Assembly: GCA_964454175.1 (NCBI GenBank)
Contig: CAYVSA010000044.1
Coordinates: 1 to 17,728 of the forward strand
Direction of reading: 5' to 3'
Source: an uncultured Pseudomonadota bacterium
Lineage (GTDB): Bacteria; BMS3Abin14
Length of the DNA: 17,728 bases
Within the stretch, counting starts at the first letter, position 1, and each line of letters begins with the position of its first letter. The notes beneath the pieces were generated by a model. That model made no database searches. It was not told the origin of the DNA and worked only from the letters and a program-made list of their open reading frames with translations. This document shows, piece after piece, positions 6,219 through 15,396 of this stretch. A program made the position numbers and the translations under genes.

Positions 6219-6715
6219 AGAGATGGCAGGTTTGTGATTCAGAGCCCTTCTCCCGGTCCGCGAACATTCACCCTGGTTCCTTCAACTCCACTCCGGCTTT
6301 TCTGCAATTTTCATTCCCCATCTTCAAAGTATTATTTTTCCACGGCAGCCGCGAACCTTGCAGGGAGTCGTGGCACAATTCAAGTATCTGAAAAATAAGG
6401 TTTTTATATATTCCTGCCCGAAAATATCGGGTAAATCTCAGGGAAGATCAGCATTTCCCGGATGGCGAACACCCTGAAATGGCTTCCACACAAAAGAGCA
6501 ATATTTGCGCTATAAGCCCCTTTTCATACGGTGATCCATCCTTGTGTATCCTTGCTTTCACAGCATTCAGCAGTACAAGTTGGTTACTGCGTAATTTTGG
6601 CGCAGCTGCTTCAAGGTATCAGTGAAGAGCATTGGATATTCTTCGATCCCGCCATGGACGGGACTCAGGGCCGTGAGCCTGCCAAACGGTTGGAACACTA
6701 GACATTGGACTCTAT

Positions 6716-7453
6716 TTAAAAACCATACAGAACTTTACGGGCTTCATCGGTGTAATTCCTATCCACACCCTCTTCGTAAAGGACCAGGGACGGCTCCTCG
6801 TGTATTGTTTCAACTGCCTTACCTTTGACGGCTTCTACCAGGACGAATGAGGGTGATCTTCCTTTGCGGGGCAGTACTTCGCGCTTCCTTGCGGGGGAAA
6901 AATCATACTTTTTCAGGGCCTCCAGGAGATCATCCAGCCGTTCCGGGAGATAAATCCACGCAGACATACCGCCTTCCCTGACAAGGCTGGCAGCTGCTCT
7001 GGCGAAGTCGTTCACGGTGCCCAGCAGCTCGTGCCGCGCCGCTGCCCTGGCCGGGTCAGGGCTAAGCCTGCCGGAGCCCAGCTTGTAGTAGGGAGGGTTT
7101 GCAACTGCCAGGTCAAATAAGCCGGGTGCTTTTCCCCAGGGAGGGGTTCTCAGGTCTCCGCACAGAAAATGAGCGTTCTTCAGACCACTTAGCGAAGCCC
7201 CTTCAGAGGCTTGCCTGACCAGGTCTGCCTGGACATCAACACCAAGGACACTGCACTCAGGATGGTCGTAGGCGAGCACCAGGCTTACCAGTCCATTGCC
7301 GCAGCCAAGATCTGCAACTTTCTGCCCCCGGGATGGCTTTACGTAGCGGGCCAGGAGGATACCATCCACACTGGCCTTTACACCGGAGCCCGACTGGACG
7401 AGGAAGAGTCCCTCACCAGCAAGCTCGTCGACAACCCGATCCCGCTCTGTCAA
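6716..7453 (-). CDS. tRNA1(Val) A37 N6-methyltransferase-like SAM-dependent methyltransferase (TrmN6/YfiC family)
   Basis: SVDGILLA, the SAM motif VADLGCGNG, NPPYY and ARHE. The TTG start overlaps the rimO stop (TTGA). Confidence 0.85.
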   Translation of the reverse strand: MTERDRVVDELAGEGLFLVQSGSGVKASVDGILLARYVKPSRGQKVADLGCGNGLVSLVLAYDHPECSVLGVDVQADLVRQASEGASLSGLKNAHFLCGDLRTPPWGKAPGLFDLAVANPPYYKLGSGRLSPDPARAAARHELLGTVNDFARAAASLVREGGMSAWIYLPERLDDLLEALKKYDFSPARKREVLPRKGRSPSFVLVEAVKGKAVETIHEEPSLVLYEEGVDRNYTDEARKVLYGF

Positions 7454-8772
7454 ACCCGAACCTTGCCGGTCAGGTCGTGGGTCGAGCTGCCGGTTATCTC
7501 CACATTCACCACATCACCCAGGACCGGGGAGCTGTCAAGGTAGACCACACCGTCCACCTCCGGGGCCTGGCCACGGTGACGCCCGAAGGCCCCATTTTCG
7601 TCAGCTCCTTCCGCCATCACCTTCAGAACCCGACCAACCATGGATCTCAAAAAAGATGCCGACATCTTCTCCTGTTCGGATAACAGGATCTCCATCCTCT
7701 CTCTGGCAAGCTCAACTGGAACCTGGTCCTGGAAGCCGGCCGCAAGTGTGCCTTCCTCCAGGCTGTAGGGAAATACTCCCAGGTGATTGACCTGTCCCGT
7801 TCTCACGAACTCCAGCATCTTCGCAAAATCACTACCTGTTTCCCCCGGGAACCCCGTCATGAGGGTCGTTCTCAGATAAAGTCCCGGAATCCGTTCTCTG
7901 GCCATTGAAATAACATCTCCGGCCCCCGGAGCGCTCCCCCTTCCCATAAGTTCCAGTATTTTTTTCGAAACGTGCTGGAAGGGAATGTCCAGATAGGGAC
8001 AGACTCTGTCATCAGACGCCAATGTTCCCAGAAGCTCCTCGTTCACCCTGGACGGGTGTACATACATAACCCTCAGCCAGTAATCGCCAGGAATCCTGAG
8101 GATCTCGGAAACAAGGTGCGCCAGACTCAGACCATCCCCATCCAGTCCGTATCTTCCCGTGTCCTGGGAAACAAGGGTTATTTCTGAAGTCCCCTCATCA
8201 AGGAGCCATCTGATCTCGTCAGTAATAGAGGAGAGTTCCCTGCTGGAGAACTCCCCCCTGATGCCGGGGATCGTACAATAAGTGCAGTGGTTGGAGCACC
8301 CCTCTCCGATCTTCACATATGCGCGGTGGTAGGGAAAGCTCCGGAGCCGGGCCGGGAAAACCTCTTCTTTTTTCGCAGTCTTCTTCCTCCCGGTCACTGC
8401 CTCCACGACGCCGGCGAGATCGGTCGGGTGCACTACTCCATCGATCTCGGGTACCTGCTCGAGGAGCCTGTCTCCGAACCTGCTCACCATGCAGCCAGTG
8501 ACCACCAGACGCTTTGTGCGGCCCTCTTCCTTGATACGCACGATGGCCATTATTTCGTCCAGAGACTCCGTGATCGCTTCGGTCAGGAAGGCACAGGTGT
8601 TTACGAGCACACAGTCTACATGGTCGAATTCTTCAAGGATGGTGAAACCTTCGGAGGTCAGGTGGGCGAGCATTACTTCGGTATCGACCAGGTTTTTGGA
8701 ACAGCCTAAACTTATTACTCCTATTTTCTTCACTTGCCGCAGAGCCTGTCCAGAGTCCCGATAAGGAGCCAT
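7450..8772 (-). CDS. rimO: ribosomal protein S12 methylthiotransferase RimO
   Basis: UPF0004 cysteines (SLGCSKN, NTCAF, GCMV), radical SAM CSNHCTYC, and QAPEVDG in the TRAM region. Confidence 0.95.
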   Translation of the reverse strand: MAPYRDSGQALRQVKKIGVISLGCSKNLVDTEVMLAHLTSEGFTILEEFDHVDCVLVNTCAFLTEAITESLDEIMAIVRIKEEGRTKRLVVTGCMVSRFGDRLLEQVPEIDGVVHPTDLAGVVEAVTGRKKTAKKEEVFPARLRSFPYHRAYVKIGEGCSNHCTYCTIPGIRGEFSSRELSSITDEIRWLLDEGTSEITLVSQDTGRYGLDGDGLSLAHLVSEILRIPGDYWLRVMYVHPSRVNEELLGTLASDDRVCPYLDIPFQHVSKKILELMGRGSAPGAGDVISMARERIPGLYLRTTLMTGFPGETGSDFAKMLEFVRTGQVNHLGVFPYSLEEGTLAAGFQDQVPVELARERMEILLSEQEKMSASFLRSMVGRVLKVMAEGADENGAFGRHRGQAPEVDGVVYLDSSPVLGDVVNVEITGSSTHDLTGKVRV

Positions 8773-8920
8773 CTATTTTGTTCTCCCGCAGGGCAAGTCC
8801 TCAACGTATTCATATACGCTTCCGGCTTGCGCTTCTGGTCGCGCCTCATATCTGACCCCTTCTCGAAACCCTGCATCAGGCCTTCGGACGGATGATGAAA
8901 AATTTGGGTTGTTGTTTTTC

Positions 8921-8953
8921 ACCTGGAACATGAAACGTGGAACCTGGAACTGG
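8921..8953. repeat. degenerate 7-bp tandem repeat (ACCTGGA consensus), about 4.5 units
   Basis: acctgga/acatgaa/acgtgga/acctgga/actgg, immediately 3' of the lolA stop. Confidence 0.7.
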
Positions 8954-8958
8954 TTCTA

Positions 8959-9609
8959 CTACGGTTCAATAACTTCGACGCCATCTGGTACAGACCACTC
9001 AAAGAGTTTATCGGTGATCTTCACGCCGGTTTTGATGTCAGAAAACCTGATCGTGGTGACATTCCCCAGACGGTGGTAGATGGTGATCCTTTTCAGAAGG
9101 CCCGTTCTGGCCGAAACGAGTATTCCGATCTTCTCATAGGGAGTCTGCTCACCCTTGGGAAGGAGGTCCAGAAAATAACCTCCCTCAGTGTCTTCGCCGC
9201 CAGGCTGAACGTCGAACTGCTCGGTCAGCCCTGTGATCCCTCTCATAAAGGTCGCAGGCCCCATCCTCATCTCCTGGATGGTCATCTCCCTTTTCACCAC
9301 CTGTTTTCTTGATGGAGTATAGATCCAGACGAGATCGTCATTGATTACCACGCTGTGCGGACGCCTTCCCTCGTAGTCCCACCGCATCCGGTCGGGAGGC
9401 AGGAAATAAAGCCTGCCCTCCTCCATGCTGGTTACCCCCACACCGGGCCTGTCCTCGGACTGAACAAAGGCCGCATCCAGGCTCTCAAGGGCCCTGTAGG
9501 CACCCTCCATGAGGTCCAGCACTGCCTTAACTTCGCTGTCAAAGCCCCCGGCCTGTGCCGGTACCGCAAGCAGCAGAGTGACGACAAGGGCCGCCAGGAA
9601 ACGCCTCAT
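8959..9609 (-). CDS. lolA: outer-membrane lipoprotein carrier protein LolA family
   Basis: Signal peptide ending AQA, with AAFVQ, EGRLYFLPPDRMRWDY, VWIYTP and DKLFEWSVPDGVEVI. ATGA overlap with ftsK (conserved synteny). Confidence 0.88.
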   Translation of the reverse strand: MRRFLAALVVTLLLAVPAQAGGFDSEVKAVLDLMEGAYRALESLDAAFVQSEDRPGVGVTSMEEGRLYFLPPDRMRWDYEGRRPHSVVINDDLVWIYTPSRKQVVKREMTIQEMRMGPATFMRGITGLTEQFDVQPGGEDTEGGYFLDLLPKGEQTPYEKIGILVSARTGLLKRITIYHRLGNVTTIRFSDIKTGVKITDKLFEWSVPDGVEVIEP

Positions 9610-11786
9610 TCGACCTCGATCCGTCTCAGAACAGGCCTTGCCTTGGCGCCATCCGGCGGGCCAACGATCCCTTCCGATTCCATCCGCTCCACCATTCTGG
9701 CTGCACGGTTGTAGCCCACCTTGAATCTGCGCTGGATCATTGATGCCGAGGCGTACCCTCTTTCGAAAACGAACTTCAGGACATCGTCATACTTCTCGTC
9801 TTCATAGTGATCATCGCTCGGTTTGGGCGGAGCCTCGTAGTCGAAAAGGTCGTCCCTGTACTCGGGCCTCGCCTGGGCCCTGAGGAAACGCACTGTCCTT
9901 GTCACCTCCTCCTCACTTACGAAGGAACCGTGAACGCGCACCAGACCGGATACGCCCGACTGAACAAAGAGCATGTCGCCCTTTCCCAGCAGCTGTTCGG
10001 CGCCGTTCTGGTCAAGTATGACCCTGGAGTTGGCTTTGTCGAACACTTTGAAGGCGATCCTGCCGATGATGTTTGTCTTGATGCTTCCTGAAATTATATC
10101 GACTGAAGGTCTCTGGGTGCCGATTATCAAGTGAATGCCCGCGGCCCTGGCCATCTGGCCCAGCCGGGCGATGCTCTCCTCCACTTCTCTGGGAGCCGTC
10201 ATCATCAGATCAGCCAGCTCGTCGATGACCACTACGATGTGGGCAAGGTGGGAATCGTCCTCAACCGGCGGTGTTTTTGTGGTGGCCATCTTCTTGTTGT
10301 AGCCATTTATGTCCCGGACCTTGTGGGCCGCAAGCAGCTGGAAGCGCCTTTCCATCTCGGCAACTACCCACCTCAGGGCTGAAGAAGCTTTTTTGGGCTC
10401 CATAACAACTGGTGACAGGAGGTGCGGGATCCCTTCGTAGGGCGACAGCTCAAGCATCTTTGTGTCAACCATGAGGAACCGGACTTCCTTGGGAGTCAGA
10501 TGGAAGATCATGCTGAGTATCATCGAATTGATCGAAACGCTCTTGCCTGTTCCTGTGGCTCCGGCGACCAGGAGGTGCGGCATTGACCCGAGGTCGGCTA
10601 CGAAAGCATCCCCAGACGGGTCCTTACCAATGGCGAGCTTCAGAATACCTTTTGTCATCCTGAAATCCCTGGAGGAAAGGACCTCGCGCAGGACAACCAG
10701 TTCCGGTTCCTTGTTCGGAACTTCTATGCCCACCACAGACTTGCCCGGGATGTGCCTCACAACCCGGACTGCCACGCCCCCCATGGCAAGGGACAGATCG
10801 TCCTCTAACTTGGCGATCTGTGCCAGCTTGGTCCCCGGCGCTGGTTCATATTCAAAAATGGTTATCACCGGCCCCGGGTTAACAGCGGTGACGTGCCCCT
10901 GCACGCCATAGTCCTTGAGTTTTTTCTCAAGGATCTGGGAACGCTTGATCTGCTCCTTCTCGCTTATCGAACCTGTACCTGTTTCCGGAGGATTGAGGAG
11001 CTCCATGGGCGGGAGGATGAAATCGCCTTTGGGCCTGGGGAGAGCTGCGAATTCTTCCTGGGTAGGTTCCGCTTTTTTACGGACCCCGGATTTCTCTGAT
11101 CTTTTTACAACAGGCGGCTGTTTCTTTTCCGACTCCGATTCCCTGACTTTCTGAAATGCCTTGTGGCGCCTTTTTCGTTCCTTGTGGATGGTCACAAGCC
11201 TGCCCGTGCCGGCGAAAACGGCCATCACTCCCCGGCCCAATATCTTGAGGGAGATGTTCGTTGCCATCACGATAGAGACAAATAAACCGGCTACGGCCAG
11301 GATGTAAGCTCCCGGAACGTTCAGAAAACGCACGAAGAATCCCGACAGGATATCGCCCAGAAGGCCGCCTGCCTCCCTTCCTGCCGTACCGATAACCACA
11401 GTCTCCCCTATCTTCAGCTGCAGCAGTACACAGAACGAAAGCATGAAGATAAGGCCGCCGCCGACCCTGAGCATCCAGCTGCCCCAGTTGGTGAGGAAAA
11501 ATCTGGAGACACCCAGAAAAAAGAGGATCAGGGGGATGAGGAATGCCCCCCAGCCAAGGATCTGCAAGAGGAAGTCGGAAAGGTAGGCCCCTACAACTCC
11601 CCCCATATTGCCCACGGCCCCGCCGGTACCTGTACTGTTGAGGGAAACGTCCAGCGGTGAATATGAGACCAGGGCGATGAGAATGTAGAAACCGGCTGCA
11701 GTGAGGAGAATACCAATGATCTCCCTCAACCGGGACTGGACTTTGGAAAGACTTTTCTTTTTCCCTTTTGCCGCGGTTTTTGCCAA
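9606..11786 (-). CDS. ftsK: DNA translocase FtsK
   Basis: N-terminal TM domain, Walker A GATGTGKS, Walker B IDELADLM, TQRPS, LLGKGDML and gamma domain IQRRFKVGYNRAARMVE. TTG start with a GGGGAG SD. Confidence 0.97.
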   Translation of the reverse strand: MAKTAAKGKKKSLSKVQSRLREIIGILLTAAGFYILIALVSYSPLDVSLNSTGTGGAVGNMGGVVGAYLSDFLLQILGWGAFLIPLILFFLGVSRFFLTNWGSWMLRVGGGLIFMLSFCVLLQLKIGETVVIGTAGREAGGLLGDILSGFFVRFLNVPGAYILAVAGLFVSIVMATNISLKILGRGVMAVFAGTGRLVTIHKERKRRHKAFQKVRESESEKKQPPVVKRSEKSGVRKKAEPTQEEFAALPRPKGDFILPPMELLNPPETGTGSISEKEQIKRSQILEKKLKDYGVQGHVTAVNPGPVITIFEYEPAPGTKLAQIAKLEDDLSLAMGGVAVRVVRHIPGKSVVGIEVPNKEPELVVLREVLSSRDFRMTKGILKLAIGKDPSGDAFVADLGSMPHLLVAGATGTGKSVSINSMILSMIFHLTPKEVRFLMVDTKMLELSPYEGIPHLLSPVVMEPKKASSALRWVVAEMERRFQLLAAHKVRDINGYNKKMATTKTPPVEDDSHLAHIVVVIDELADLMMTAPREVEESIARLGQMARAAGIHLIIGTQRPSVDIISGSIKTNIIGRIAFKVFDKANSRVILDQNGAEQLLGKGDMLFVQSGVSGLVRVHGSFVSEEEVTRTVRFLRAQARPEYRDDLFDYEAPPKPSDDHYEDEKYDDVLKFVFERGYASASMIQRRFKVGYNRAARMVERMESEGIVGPPDGAKARPVLRRIEVE

Positions 11787-11944
11787 ATTTCTCCCCGTAA
11801 AACTGTGAAGAACGGGTTAAGTGCCCTTAATCAAAGGACAGAACATCACAGCACCGTAGATCAGGGATCTGGATACCGAAAGTAAGCGATCATTGCTGCC
11901 GGATTCAAGCTTCTATTGCCCCTTTCGATCCAGCTCTGACTGAT

Positions 11945-12730
11945 CTAGAAAAATACCAGAAATACAGAAGAAAGTGAACCGAGTACCAGGCAGTAGGCAG
12001 CAAAGGGAAAGAGCTTTCTGTCTGCCATGACCCGCATGAGAACAGCGATGGAAAGCCATCCTGTCACCGCTGCCGCAGCTGCTCCGGCGGCGTAGGGCCC
12101 AACACTGCCTACGGCTGCCAGGTCACCGGCCTCCAGGGCCAGGGCACCTGCCACCGCAGGCAGAGACAGAAGAAAAGAGAACCGCGCAGATTCTGTCCCA
12201 GAGTATCCCAGGAACAGGGCGGCGCATATGGTGGCACCTGACCTCGAAATACCTGGAACAATTGCGGCAGCCTGGAAAGCCCCGATCAGGATGGCCGCCG
12301 AATAACCCATCCTGGCGATCTTTCGACTGCCTCCCTTCACCCGGGTGGCCAGCAGCAGGAGGAGCCCTGTCACCACCAGTCCAGCAGATGCGACAGCAGG
12401 CGCATGAAAGAGGATCTCAATCCGGTCCTTGAAAAAAACGCCCACGATACCAGCCGGTACGGTACCGGCGACAAGCAGCAGGGGAAGATTCAAGCCTCCT
12501 TCCCTGGGCCGTTTCAGCCCGGCAGCCATTTTCAGGACGTCCTGCCTGAAGTATGCCAGCACGGCTATCAGTGTGCCGCCGTGCAGTAGTACGTCAAAAG
12601 CGGCCGGGGGGCCGCTAAAACCTGGAATAAATGCCTGAGCCAGAACGAGGTGCCCGGAGCTGGAAACGGGGAGAAACTCAGTGAGTCCCTGCACTACCCC
12701 CAGGACAATTGCAGCCGTGTAGCTTTCCAT
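11945..12730 (-). CDS. uppP: undecaprenyl-diphosphate phosphatase UppP/BacA
   Basis: Motifs QGLTEFLPVSSSGHL and PGISRSGAT. TAATG overlap with rnj. Confidence 0.95.
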   Translation of the reverse strand: MESYTAAIVLGVVQGLTEFLPVSSSGHLVLAQAFIPGFSGPPAAFDVLLHGGTLIAVLAYFRQDVLKMAAGLKRPREGGLNLPLLLVAGTVPAGIVGVFFKDRIEILFHAPAVASAGLVVTGLLLLLATRVKGGSRKIARMGYSAAILIGAFQAAAIVPGISRSGATICAALFLGYSGTESARFSFLLSLPAVAGALALEAGDLAAVGSVGPYAAGAAAAAVTGWLSIAVLMRVMADRKLFPFAAYCLVLGSLSSVFLVFF

Positions 12731-14436
12731 TACTCCTCCACTATGACCGTGACAACGCGTGGTTTTTTCTGCAGGGCTTTTTTGTAGATCCTTCTGACGA
12801 GTATTCTTATCTCTTCCTTTATGTCATCCCGATTTACTTTCAGAGCTCTGGACCTTTCCAGGACTTTTTCCACTTCCCCGACGGCTGCCTCATCCAGTCC
12901 TTCTGCCGCATCCTCCATCCCCACTCCTACACTGTGGACCATGGGTTTGAAGGACATTGAACCATCTCCACCGACCCCGGCAACCACCACTACCAGGCCC
13001 TCCCTGGCAAGACGACGCCGGTCACGCAGGAGGTCAGTATCGACATCACCCACAGTCTCACCGTCAACAAGGAGCCTTCCAGCCGCCACAGGTTCTCCCA
13101 TGGATGCCGAACTCTCTGCCAGTTCCAGAACCTGTCCCGGCTCCAGGATAAGTATTCCCTTCGTGGACACGCCGGACCCGGCTGCCAGGTCGGCATTGGC
13201 CCGCATCTGCCTGAAATCACCGTGAACCGGAACGAAAAACTTCGGCCTAAGGGCCTCGATAAACAATTTGATCTCTTCTGCAGAGCTGTGGCCGGAAACG
13301 TGGACCATCTCAGGGCCTCTGGTGACCACCCTGGCACCGCGCCGATAGACCTCGTTGATTATCTGGCCCACTGGCAGTTCGTTGCCGGGAATGGTCCTGG
13401 AAGAGAATATGACGGTGTCGCCCTGTTCAATGGCTATCCTGGGGTGCTCGTCCCTCACAATACGGCTGAGGGCAGAAAGCGGTTCTCCCTGAGTTCCCGT
13501 GGTGAGAAAAACAGCCTTCTTTTTTTCCTTTGCGTCAAGGTCGTCAAATTCAACCAGGGTTCGCGGAGGATAAAGAATGTATCCAAGTTCGCTTGCTGTT
13601 CTGCAGTTCTGAAGGAGTCTTCGGCCCTCCATCAGCACCCTTCGGCCCTGGCTCTGAGCCGTATCCAGGATCATCTGGATCCTGTGGATATGTGAGGCGA
13701 AGGTTGCAATGAACACTCTTCCTTCTGCTCTGGACATTACATCTTCAAGGGCCTTTTTGACATCACGTTCGGAGTTGTTCCAGCCGGGCCTGTCGGCGTT
13801 GGTGCTGTCGGACATGAGAAGCAGGATGCCCTCATCGCCCAGTTCTGTTAAGCGCCCCATGTCCGTTGGATGTCCATCCAGAGGGTGCTGCTCCATCCTG
13901 AAATCACCCGAGTGCAGTACTGTTCCCACAGGCGTCTTCACGCAGAGTGCAGCACTGTCCGGTATGCTGTGCGTCACCCTCACCGGCTCTACGGAAAACG
14001 GGCCGCATTCTATTGTCTGCCCGAAAAGCATCTGTCTCAGATCAGCTTTGCGCACATTTCCGTTATCAGCGCTTTCCTCCAGCCTGTTCCTCGCCATGGC
14101 AAGGGTGAAAGCTGTCCCGTAGACAGGCACGTCGAGCTGCTCCAGGAGATAGGAAACGGCTCCGATGTGGTCATCGTGTCCATGAGTAAGGAATACTGCC
14201 TGTATACTGTCCTCGTTTTCGATAATGTAGGAAAGATCAGGCAATATAAGATCAACACCAGGTAGATTACCTTGTGGGATCTTGACACCGACATCAACCA
14301 CGATCATGGAACCTTCACACTCAAAGACAGTGCAGTTCATCCCGAAGGTGCCGACGCCTCCCAGTGGAATGACTCTCAGACACGTCGGGGCCAGGAGGCT
14401 GGATGGTCCACCACTGTTTTTCAGAAGAGCGCTCAC
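12730..14436 (-). CDS. rnj: ribonuclease J
   Basis: IPLGG, LTHGHDDHIG (HxHxDH), VTHSIPD, HSGDF, GTQGEP, HVSGH and PVHG. Start reassigned to GTG 14436, which overlaps the rsmA stop (GTGA) and has a GGAG SD. Confidence 0.93.
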   Translation of the reverse strand: MSALLKNSGGPSSLLAPTCLRVIPLGGVGTFGMNCTVFECEGSMIVVDVGVKIPQGNLPGVDLILPDLSYIIENEDSIQAVFLTHGHDDHIGAVSYLLEQLDVPVYGTAFTLAMARNRLEESADNGNVRKADLRQMLFGQTIECGPFSVEPVRVTHSIPDSAALCVKTPVGTVLHSGDFRMEQHPLDGHPTDMGRLTELGDEGILLLMSDSTNADRPGWNNSERDVKKALEDVMSRAEGRVFIATFASHIHRIQMILDTAQSQGRRVLMEGRRLLQNCRTASELGYILYPPRTLVEFDDLDAKEKKKAVFLTTGTQGEPLSALSRIVRDEHPRIAIEQGDTVIFSSRTIPGNELPVGQIINEVYRRGARVVTRGPEMVHVSGHSSAEEIKLFIEALRPKFFVPVHGDFRQMRANADLAAGSGVSTKGILILEPGQVLELAESSASMGEPVAAGRLLVDGETVGDVDTDLLRDRRRLAREGLVVVVAGVGGDGSMSFKPMVHSVGVGMEDAAEGLDEAAVGEVEKVLERSRALKVNRDDIKEEIRILVRRIYKKALQKKPRVVTVIVEE

Positions 14437-15236
14437 AGCCTGGCTCCGATGATATTGGATAGCTCGGCGAACTGGCTGACCTCCAGATTCTCGGCACGGA
14501 TCGCTGCCGGCAGATTCATCTTCTCCATGATCAGGGCTAGATCCTGCCTGGAAAGACCGTCGAGACCGGAACTGAGGCTGTTCAGCAGCGTTTTTCTCCT
14601 CTTTCCGAAGGAAGCCCTGACAACCTGAAGTGTGTGCTTCCAATCATCCATATGGCAGGGAGGACTTTCATAAATATCCCACTTCACGAGAACTGAGTCG
14701 ACCTTGGGAGGTGGAAGAAAAACGGTTGGCGGCACCTTCCTTACAAGTTCGGGCTTACCGAACAGCTGGCAGGCAACCGACATTATCCCATACTCCTTGG
14801 TCCCGGGCCGGGCAGTCAGCCTGCAGCCAACTTCCCACTGCATCAGGAAGACAGATCTTGATACCCTTTCCCTCCAGTCCATGATCTTGAATATCACCTG
14901 GGTAGAGACTGAATAGGGAAGGTTGCCCATGACTATCACACGCTGTGATCCTTCCAACAGGTGTCCCCAATCGATCTTCAGTATATCCCCCCTCTCGAGG
15001 CGGAAGTCTTCCTCATGAGCAAAGTCATTTTCAAGCCTGTCCGCAAGACCTCTGTCGATCTCCACACCGGTCACGGTGGCACCGGCTTCCAGTATGGCCC
15101 TGGTGAGCTTTCCCGTCCCGCAGCCGACCTCAAGGACATGGTCGCCCTGTGACAGAGAAGCGGTTCTGACTATAAGCCCCAGAAGGTTTTTATCGTGGAG
15201 AAAATGCTGCCCAAAGGGAGGTTTGATGAGGTTCAC
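14433..15236 (-). CDS. rsmA: 16S rRNA A1518/A1519 dimethyltransferase RsmA/KsgA
   Basis: FGQHFL, VLEVGCGTG, GNLPY, FLPPPKVDS, RRKTLLNSL and RAENL. Confidence 0.96.
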   Translation of the reverse strand: MNLIKPPFGQHFLHDKNLLGLIVRTASLSQGDHVLEVGCGTGKLTRAILEAGATVTGVEIDRGLADRLENDFAHEEDFRLERGDILKIDWGHLLEGSQRVIVMGNLPYSVSTQVIFKIMDWRERVSRSVFLMQWEVGCRLTARPGTKEYGIMSVACQLFGKPELVRKVPPTVFLPPPKVDSVLVKWDIYESPPCHMDDWKHTLQVVRASFGKRRKTLLNSLSSGLDGLSRQDLALIMEKMNLPAAIRAENLEVSQFAELSNIIGARL

Positions 15237-15360
15237 TGAAAGGCACCGGGCTGGCGCAGTGCAGGGATGTCAATTGCGATCATTGTTTCCTGATGTCTCA
15301 AGGGCAAGCCTTTCTGTTAATTCCGGACAGCGTTACCGGCACCATTTCAGTACCGGGCAA

Positions 15361-15390
15361 TTGACAATTACCGGTTCATGCGCTTATAAA
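15361..15390 (+). promoter_or_regulatory. sigma70-type promoter, possibly giving a leaderless transcript
   Basis: TTGACA (15361-15366), an 18-bp spacer, TATAAA (15385-15390), then 6 nt and ATG 15397. Confidence 0.55.
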
Positions 15391-15396
15391 TCCACC

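Noticed and set aside
6282-6314. Tiny ORF MKIAEKPEWS-TGA in frame with the leader peptide (possible selenocysteine/readthrough or broken gene)
   Set aside because: No redox-like context or evident SECIS, poor SD spacing, and the extension looks non-coding.
6371-6386. TGGCAC as a sigma54 -24 element
   Set aside because: There is no TTGC at the required spacing, and it is on the wrong strand for the operon.
6404-6435. Possible MerR/CueR-type promoter on the minus strand (TTTACC-19 bp-TATATA with a small dyad)
   Set aside because: The dyad has only 5-bp arms, does not match the CueR consensus, and the hexamers are weak.
14437-14643. RNase J N-terminal extension to 14643
   Set aside because: It lies inside rsmA; the GTGA-coupled start at 14436 with a GGAG SD fits the family length.
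6716-15236. Numerous plus-strand ORFs of 60-160 aa opposite the housekeeping genes
   Set aside because: They are antisense shadow ORFs of well-supported genes, with no recognisable motifs.
15076-15396. 107-aa N-terminal extension of the LpoA-like ORF
   Set aside because: It overlaps rsmA antisense, spans the predicted promoter and would bury the signal peptide.
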